Shown piece by piece: positions 34,335 through 40,647 of a stretch of 40,647 nt of DNA. The notes under the pieces were generated by a model. That model had not been told where the DNA came from and did no database searches. It saw nothing but the letters and a program-made list of their open reading frames with translations. A program made the position numbers and the translations under genes. This DNA is from a virus (taxonomy: Duplodnaviria > Caudoviricetes). The DNA lies in the IMG/VR virus record IMGVR_UViG_3300040985_000544, positions 1 through 40,647 of that record. One strand, given 5' to 3'. Each line of letters starts with the position of its first letter. Position 1 is the first letter of the stretch.

Positions 34335-35185
34335 ACGTCAACACGTTAAACACTAACAACAACGTATACGATTCCGTTGTTACTCCGCCACGCATGGCTG
34401 ACCTTGCGATGTGGCTTACCGCAGACCACACGACTACAACCGCAGTAGGCGCAAGCGACCATCGTATTGATACTGCGCACGATCGTTCGGGCAAAGGCAA
34501 TGACTTAACGCAAACCGTTGCGGACAATAAGCCACAGCTCCGCAATGCGGATGGGCAGTTTGGTGGCAAGCGTGTTATGAAGTTTGAGCATGCCACTAGC
34601 AAGCCTTGGCGCATCGAGAATCTTCAAGGAACTGTAAATGTGCAAAGCATCTTCGGTACTGATGCAAGTCCTACGACCGACCCAGAGTTTACTGTTGCGA
34701 TGGTGCTAAACGAAACAGCTAACTCTAATGGCACTGAGGTATATTTTTCCTTGAACGAAGCTACGTTGTCTGACCCAGACAAGGTGTTACTAATGAGGCA
34801 CAATAATGGCGCAGGCTTTCGTGTGAACGGGGCAGACGCGCAGTTCGACACATCGCAGATTGACTTTACACAGGGCACAGCAGTCACAGCAATCTCAGTA
34901 CTGCAAGACATAGGCACATCAATGTCGTTCTACCAGTGGATCGGCGGCGTTTCTTGCGACTGGGATGATGCAGGCATAGGTGTGGATTATCCATGCGACC
35001 CCGATGTAATGTTCCCAGCATTGATTCCTACGGTAGCTTCTATCGGAGCGCACGAAACGCACAACAGCGTAGTGTCCGAGTGGTTCGGAGAGATTGCAGA
35101 GTGCCTAGTTTGGAAGGGTGCTCACAGCGGCGCAGAGATAACTGAAACACTAAACTACCTAAGAGATAAGTGGGACTGCTCCTAA
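34331..35185 (+). CDS. LamG/concanavalin-like virion protein
   Basis: WL.AD...D.SGKGN.L.Q.....P and G.IAE.LV....S..E.....YL..KW pattern; TTG start uncertain. Confidence 0.7.
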   Translation: MNVNTLNTNNNVYDSVVTPPRMADLAMWLTADHTTTTAVGASDHRIDTAHDRSGKGNDLTQTVADNKPQLRNADGQFGGKRVMKFEHATSKPWRIENLQGTVNVQSIFGTDASPTTDPEFTVAMVLNETANSNGTEVYFSLNEATLSDPDKVLLMRHNNGAGFRVNGADAQFDTSQIDFTQGTAVTAISVLQDIGTSMSFYQWIGGVSCDWDDAGIGVDYPCDPDVMFPALIPTVASIGAHETHNSVVSEWFGEIAECLVWKGAHSGAEITETLNYLRDKWDCS

Positions 35186-36927
35186 TGCTAAGCCTAGAAA
35201 CAGAACAACTAAGAGACGAAGTGGTAGCTGCACGAGAGTGGAGAGACAAACACTTGGGGACATGGCAAGAGCAAGTGCAACGATTCTCTGGTTCTTCCTA
35301 CATGGAGAGTGGCGCGAGCAAGAACCCTGAGAACTTTGCATACTCGTTCGTAGGTTTGATACTACCAAAGCTTGTGTACGATGTGCCGAAGGTAGAGATT
35401 GAAGCAGACGATCCAATTGCAGACGGCATGACAAGCGAGCTGATGGAGTCCGCCATGAATAGGTGGGCTGTACGATCAAGCATAAGAAAGACACTGACTC
35501 GTGTAGCAACTGACATGTTGTTTACATGGGGCATAGTAATGACAACACGTAAGCCTGCTACATCGCTGCGACGTATTGACCCACATCACATGGGTACAAC
35601 TCCGCGCGTGTATCGCATTAGCCCAGAGCACTTCATCATTGATCCAGCAGCTGACTCGTTTGAGGAAGCTAGATTCATGGGTCACAGTTACACCATTGAC
35701 TTGGAAGACCTGAAGAAGAAGGGCAAAGAGGACGAGTACTACGACAGTGAAGCAATAGAAGAGTTGTCAGTAAACGATACAGACGACTTCAGGTTCAAGT
35801 ACGGCGAACGAAGAGATATACCAGACCGAGAGCAAGTAGTCATTACAGAGATATGGGTTCCAGAGCACGAGCTAGATGGTCACCCCAAGGACGGAAAGCA
35901 TAACGGTTCGATATACGTTATAGCAGAAGGTTCTGAAGGCGATGTCAAGATGGTTAGCGAGCCGCGCCCATACTTCGGACCACCAACAGGACCATACACA
36001 ATGTTTGGTGCGTACTGCGTACCAAGCGACCAATTCCCTTTGGGACCATTAACCGCGTCAGACCAATTAGTACAAGAACTGAATAAACACTTGAAGTCTA
36101 TGAGTACTTCTGCGTCTGCTTACCGTAGGTTAGTGGCGGTCGATTCAACGGCTACGAAGTTTGCACAGGATATTGCAAACCAGCCAGACCTTCACGTAGT
36201 ACCAGTGGACAACCTAAACAAAGACAAGGTTGTTATGTTGGAGCTAGGCGGGGTAACACAACAGCAGATTGGATACACTGAGATGACGCAGAACCGTCTC
36301 GATAGGCTAACTGGCTTGTCAGAGGTAATGCGTGGTAACATCCACGGCGATACAACTGCGACAGAAGTATCAACAGCTGCTGCGTCATCAGGCGTGCGAG
36401 TTAGTTGGCTACAACAACAGTTTGCCCAAGCAACATCAGAGGTTCTTTGGAACGTCGGCTGGTACTTGTGGCACGATGATCAAGTGGTTATGCCACTGGG
36501 CAAAGAGGGTATGAAGATAGCAGGTGTAGATAGCACCGTGAAGTGGAAGGGTGGACGTAAGGATAACTACGCTGCACTTTCAATTAGAGTGCAAGCTCAT
36601 TCAATGCAGCGCGTTGATGAGGCACTACAACAAAAGAGAAGTGTTGAACTGCTGCAACTTGTTATGCAGGTTGGACAAGCAGCTCCTGCAATGCCATTCG
36701 TGGATTGGAAGAAGTTGCTTGAGCAAGTTGGTGATTCATTGAACATGCCAGAGCTCAGTAACATAATCAACATGAAGAAGGCTGAACAGCCACAGATGCC
36801 AAATCCAGTGGATGGAACGGTAGCTGGGTCAACCGCTGTGAGCCCTCCTGCAAATGTCTCTTCTGAGTTGTCGTCTGCTATGCGTGGAGCATCGGCTGGC
36901 GGTCCTAACGGGAGAGCAATAAGATGA
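35185..36927 (+). CDS. Portal protein (P22-like)
   Basis: About 580 aa, start ATG 35185 (TAATG overlap); ISPE.F.IDP.A, LTGLSEV.RG....TATE motifs; lies between terminase and scaffold. Confidence 0.88.
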   Translation: MLSLETEQLRDEVVAAREWRDKHLGTWQEQVQRFSGSSYMESGASKNPENFAYSFVGLILPKLVYDVPKVEIEADDPIADGMTSELMESAMNRWAVRSSIRKTLTRVATDMLFTWGIVMTTRKPATSLRRIDPHHMGTTPRVYRISPEHFIIDPAADSFEEARFMGHSYTIDLEDLKKKGKEDEYYDSEAIEELSVNDTDDFRFKYGERRDIPDREQVVITEIWVPEHELDGHPKDGKHNGSIYVIAEGSEGDVKMVSEPRPYFGPPTGPYTMFGAYCVPSDQFPLGPLTASDQLVQELNKHLKSMSTSASAYRRLVAVDSTATKFAQDIANQPDLHVVPVDNLNKDKVVMLELGGVTQQQIGYTEMTQNRLDRLTGLSEVMRGNIHGDTTATEVSTAAASSGVRVSWLQQQFAQATSEVLWNVGWYLWHDDQVVMPLGKEGMKIAGVDSTVKWKGGRKDNYAALSIRVQAHSMQRVDEALQQKRSVELLQLVMQVGQAAPAMPFVDWKKLLEQVGDSLNMPELSNIINMKKAEQPQMPNPVDGTVAGSTAVSPPANVSSELSSAMRGASAGGPNGRAIR

Positions 36928-37220
36928 TATACGAGTTCATGAACGAAGCAACAGGCGAGCCAAAAGAACTTCACTACAGAATGGGTGAGGCTCCAATGAT
37001 TGGCGAGATCGTCGAGTTGCAAGGTACAAGATATAGACGTGTTGCTAGTTGCAACATCGACGCGGGGTTGGCAGCAAAAGTGCATGGGTACCCTTATGTA
37101 TCCAACTCATTACCACGTAACCTAGCGGGGTGTGAGACTAACAAGCAAGGTAAGCCGATCATAAGCTCAACAACACATGAACGAAATGTGATGAGCCAAC
37201 ACGGCTACGTAAAGGATTAA
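36924..37220 (+). CDS. Hypothetical protein (FmdB-like N-terminus without the Zn-binding cysteines)
   Basis: MIYEF....G...E....M..AP; post-portal position where such genes often occur. Confidence 0.55.
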   Translation: MIYEFMNEATGEPKELHYRMGEAPMIGEIVELQGTRYRRVASCNIDAGLAAKVHGYPYVSNSLPRNLAGCETNKQGKPIISSTTHERNVMSQHGYVKD

Positions 37221-37221
37221 C

Positions 37222-38121
37222 ATGACAGAAGAGCAGAACGACAACATAAACGTAAACGACGACAGTAGTCAAGTAGATTCTGTTGCTGACTCTTTTGAAA
37301 TGTCGGAAGACGCAGCGCTTGACAAGATACTTGGAAGCGTAGAAGAGAATAACTCTGTTGCTAGTGATAAGCTAGCAGCAGGGAATACAGATGATCCAGA
37401 GGTTTTCGCCGACGAAGGAATGCTTAGAGCACTTCGACGTGATGGCGTTCCCGCTGACATCATAGAACAGGTAAGCAAAGACCCCGAAATGTTTTCAGAC
37501 TGGGCTACCAAAGCTCTGAAGAGACAGGCAGATGTCGATGCTTATACTGATAAGGTCAAGTCACTAGAGGGTGACAAGACACAAGAGGGCGAACCAGCGC
37601 CCGAAGAATTGTCTGAAGTATCAGAACCAACTGATGCCGAAGAGTCCAAGGTGGAAACCATCCAGTTGGATGCACTCGTCGATGAACTCGGCGAGGAAGC
37701 GGTAGAGCCTATTCGTAAGATGCAAGAGCAGCTAACAAGCATGCAGGCGCAACTCGAAGAAGCGAATCGCTCAGTGGCTACGTCCGAGGTGAAGCTCGCA
37801 GTGGAGCAAGCGGCACCGACAGTGCTCAAACCGTGGGGAGATATAAGCGACGCTAAGCGTGCAGCTATTATCGAACGTATGGGTGAGCTGGGGAAGACAA
37901 AGCCAAGGACTTTTACAAGCATTGAGGAACTGATGAGCGAGGCAGCTGGCGACGTGTTAGGAGCACCTTCGGTAACGAAGCGATCCGCAACGCCAACCCC
38001 ACCATCAAGAGTAGCTAAGCTGGAGCGACCCACGTCTACAGAAGACAGGGAAGATGCAGCACTAGACGTTATTCTTGGCGGCGGAACAGTTGAACAAGCG
38101 AAGCAAGCCTCAATGCGTTAA
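37222..38121 (+). CDS. Capsid scaffolding protein
   Basis: Highly acidic, coiled-coil protein directly upstream of the major capsid gene. Confidence 0.7.
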   Translation: MTEEQNDNINVNDDSSQVDSVADSFEMSEDAALDKILGSVEENNSVASDKLAAGNTDDPEVFADEGMLRALRRDGVPADIIEQVSKDPEMFSDWATKALKRQADVDAYTDKVKSLEGDKTQEGEPAPEELSEVSEPTDAEESKVETIQLDALVDELGEEAVEPIRKMQEQLTSMQAQLEEANRSVATSEVKLAVEQAAPTVLKPWGDISDAKRAAIIERMGELGKTKPRTFTSIEELMSEAAGDVLGAPSVTKRSATPTPPSRVAKLERPTSTEDREDAALDVILGGGTVEQAKQASMR

Positions 38122-38153
38122 TTTTAATTCTGTAATATAAAGGGAGATTTGCT

Positions 38154-39458
38154 ATGGCTGGCACTCCTGCGGACAAGTTCCGCGATTATATGGAAGTAAC
38201 TGGACCTGCTTATTTAACTGGTCCTGATACTATCATCAACGAGGCTGTCAAAAGACGGTACTTATGGGGCGACCTCGTTAAGGGAAAAGAACGTGCGATT
38301 CAAGGTGGAACGGAAATCCGTGAAACATTGATGACAAGTGATGGCGCGACTTTTCAGTACTATCAACCAAATGAAACTTTTACTTGGTCTAACCCTCAAG
38401 TGCTTGACACCGTATCCGCCAACTGGCGTTTTGCTGTTGACCACATGGCGTGGACAGATCATGAAGTAGAGTTGAACGCTGGCGAAGGTATGTCCAAAGA
38501 TGCACTTAAAACTGCATACAAACGACTTAAACGAGCTAAAGAACAACGAATGACTACTTCACTTGTGAATGGTTTAGAAGAATCCCTATGGGCAAGCCCT
38601 TGGGGACAATCAGGCGAAATGGAAGGAAGCTCAGGTAAGACACCTTACTCGATCCCTGCTTTCATTACTGAGAACGGTAAGACAATTGGTGGCGAGTTTA
38701 AGGGATATACTCCTACGTCTGCTGGCGATTGGACAACTGTTGCAGGTATCGACCCTGACGACCAAGCTGTTTGGGGTAACCAAATTGTATTTTACGACAG
38801 AGGCATGGATGCAAACGCTACCTCGGTTTCTAAGTCGTATGAAGAATATCACCTCGACGAAGACTCTGACACAACACACAATGTGTTTGGTTTGATTACT
38901 TCGTTTGACGAAATGTTCTTGAAATTGGATTTCCGAGCTCCTGCAACTAATGCAGAGTACTTTGAAAACGATTCAATGAACCAACAAAAGATTTGTTGTT
39001 CACGAGTTGGTATCAATGAGTACAAGCGAGCACTTCGTGATTCAAACGACCGTTTGGTATCAATGCAAGACGCTGCTTATTCGGCTCCTGCATACAGTGG
39101 TATTCCGCTAACGTATTGTTCACAACTTGACACTGCTGCTCTTTACAACAAAGATGCTGCGGGTGATGTTCCTGACACATACGCTGGTCGTGAAACTGAA
39201 GGGGACATCGTTCACACAACGCTTACAGGCGGAACAGAGTTCGATACGCTCACTATTGATAAAGGCGCTCGTTACTATTGGATCAATGGTGAGTACATGA
39301 CACCATTTGTTCACACTCGTCGTTATATGGTTAAGCACGATGTCATGCGACATCCTAATCAACCATTCACTAACATTCAACCTACAGATACTTGGTGGAA
39401 CTTGTTACCTAGCTCGCGTCAGCGACACGGTATCGTTGCACCTCGTAGAACTACATAA
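38154..39458 (+). CDS. Major capsid protein
   Basis: 434 aa, AAGGGAG RBS; GG.EI...L, A.W......, Y.GIP and Y.IN..Y patterns of HK97-fold capsids; follows the scaffold gene. Confidence 0.85.
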   Translation: MAGTPADKFRDYMEVTGPAYLTGPDTIINEAVKRRYLWGDLVKGKERAIQGGTEIRETLMTSDGATFQYYQPNETFTWSNPQVLDTVSANWRFAVDHMAWTDHEVELNAGEGMSKDALKTAYKRLKRAKEQRMTTSLVNGLEESLWASPWGQSGEMEGSSGKTPYSIPAFITENGKTIGGEFKGYTPTSAGDWTTVAGIDPDDQAVWGNQIVFYDRGMDANATSVSKSYEEYHLDEDSDTTHNVFGLITSFDEMFLKLDFRAPATNAEYFENDSMNQQKICCSRVGINEYKRALRDSNDRLVSMQDAAYSAPAYSGIPLTYCSQLDTAALYNKDAAGDVPDTYAGRETEGDIVHTTLTGGTEFDTLTIDKGARYYWINGEYMTPFVHTRRYMVKHDVMRHPNQPFTNIQPTDTWWNLLPSSRQRHGIVAPRRTT

Positions 39459-39479
39459 CCTGAAAGAAGGAGATTTATT

Positions 39480-39914
39480 ATGAAACTTTCAAGTACAGCA
39501 GGAATGCAGGGAATCGGATGGGCAACAGAAACATTTGTTGGCAAAGCGTCTGAGGCTATCACTAAAGGGACAATTGTAGAGTGTTTACTCACTGCACTTG
39601 AGCCCGATGATGACCAAAGCATTGCTATTTCAAACGGTTCTGGCATCGGCATCTACGGTGTTGCTCTCGAAGACATTGCGTCAGGCGAAAGAGGACAATG
39701 TGCTCTTAGCGGCAAAGTTGAAGTCTTAGCTGGTGACACAGCGGCAGCTGGCACAGTTATTATGCCAAATGCTTCTGGACAAGCTATAGATCACGCAGGT
39801 GATGACAACACTGTTGCAGTAGGCTTTCGAGTCGACGTAGGCGTTGTTGGTGCTTTGAGCACTTGTATCTTTGACGGATTTGCTCCGCAACGTACAGGTG
39901 ACTTTGCAGCCTAA
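39480..39914 (+). CDS. Capsid cement/decoration protein (DUF2190-like)
   Basis: A.EAI.KG..V, GVALEDIASGE.G...L.G.VEV; AAGGAG RBS; follows the major capsid gene. Confidence 0.7.
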   Translation: MKLSSTAGMQGIGWATETFVGKASEAITKGTIVECLLTALEPDDDQSIAISNGSGIGIYGVALEDIASGERGQCALSGKVEVLAGDTAAAGTVIMPNASGQAIDHAGDDNTVAVGFRVDVGVVGALSTCIFDGFAPQRTGDFAA

Positions 39915-39935
39915 TTGAACCAACTGGTTCCGAAC

Positions 39936-39961
39936 GGGGGGCTTTCTTCGGAGAGCCTCCT
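39936..39961 (+). terminator. Stable UUCG hairpin after the capsid genes (terminator-like, no U-tract)
   Basis: GGGGGGCTTTC-TTCG-GAGAGCCTCCT; may be a weak terminator or an mRNA-stabilising hairpin. Confidence 0.45.
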
Positions 39962-39986
39962 ACTCGCAACCCGATAAGGAATTACT

Positions 39987-40647
39987 ATGACTCTTACGAA
40001 CAAACAACTCAAAGGTTACGTACAGCTCGCGGTTGGTGGTGATCCATCGACCACGCCGTCGATAACAGTGGGTGAGCGTATATCTCAGATAATCAATCAC
40101 GCTGGTGAACACTTGTACACTCGCGCGTGGAGATTTAGGGAACGCACTGCACAAGACTTGGGTACAACTGCAAGTCAGTCGTACATCACACTACCGTCTG
40201 ACGTTGGTGAGATCATAACGGTAGAGCCAGTGAACTCGTGGTCCGCGTCGCTTAGCTTCGTAGACCCAGCAACATTCGAGAGAGTATCCAACGAAGGCGT
40301 AGCTCCTGAGCTAAGTTACTTGGTTACTCTTGTATACAAAGACAACAACCCAACACTAGACATTTACCCTACGCCAGCATCGACAGACGCAGACGCGTTT
40401 CAGGTTCGTTACAGGGCGAGGTGGGTAGAGCTAACAGCAGAGTCAATAGAACTTACTACAGAGGTTGGAGTAGCAACGTATGTAGAAGCTCTACTGATCG
40501 AGTATGTACGCGCTATTGCCGAGGGTGGCGAAGACGGAACAACACAACAGCGACTCATGGCGATTGACGCTGGGATATTGTTAGACAGAGCGCTACGTAA
40601 AGACGGAACGCTGCAACCAGACTACGGATCACTTCCTAGTTCAGGAT
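39987..40647 (+). CDS. 5' part of head-tail adaptor-like protein (continues at position 1)
   Basis: AAGGA RBS, ATG 39987, open to the window end (MTLTNKQLKGYV..IINHAGEHLYTRAWRFRE..YITLPSDVGEI); in frame with ORF 49-600 through the repeat. Confidence 0.75.
   Translation, partial: MTLTNKQLKGYVQLAVGGDPSTTPSITVGERISQIINHAGEHLYTRAWRFRERTAQDLGTTASQSYITLPSDVGEIITVEPVNSWSASLSFVDPATFERVSNEGVAPELSYLVTLVYKDNNPTLDIYPTPASTDADAFQVRYRARWVELTAESIELTTEVGVATYVEALLIEYVRAIAEGGEDGTTQQRLMAIDAGILLDRALRKDGTLQPDYGSLPSSG
40272..40647. repeat. Terminal direct repeat, right copy
   Basis: Matches 1-376 at about 97% identity. Confidence 0.95.

Noticed and set aside
1-40647. Stop-codon reassignment
   Set aside because: Genes are long and densely packed under the standard code, and the only tRNA is a normal Arg tRNA.

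Overview
The window is an apparently complete, circularly permuted ~40.27 kb tailed-phage genome with P22-like podovirus gene order. Positions 1-376 reappear at 40272-40647 with about 10 substitutions. The plus strand carries a tRNA-Arg(UCU), terminase small and large subunits, portal, scaffold, major capsid, cement, adaptor, an Mtd_N tail fibre, a tail hub/nozzle, ejection proteins, small membrane proteins, a 4527-aa polyvalent protein and a metallophosphoesterase. The minus strand carries an early/replication operon (small early genes, WYL_2/Sm-like, HTH, RecE-like exonuclease, ERF, SSB-like, AlpA, DUF1376 initiator, helicase loader-like, RusA). I could not recognise an integrase, DNA polymerase or endolysin. 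Four things stand out. (1) Early genes are built as repeated cassettes of conserved RBS leader, ORF and type II hammerhead ribozyme; the two ribozymes show covarying stems and pseudoknots, and an unidentified structured RNA follows the second. (2) The giant protein has an HExxH peptidase followed by enzyme-like modules separated by a recurring (M/L)EAR(R/K) motif, suggesting a self-processing injected polyprotein. (3) Tandem NrdR-like boxes sit beside an iteron array that lies outside the initiator gene. (4) One small protein ends in a PEP-CTERM-like tail, a weak hint of a planctomycete host. All family assignments come from motif recognition by eye; no database searches were run.
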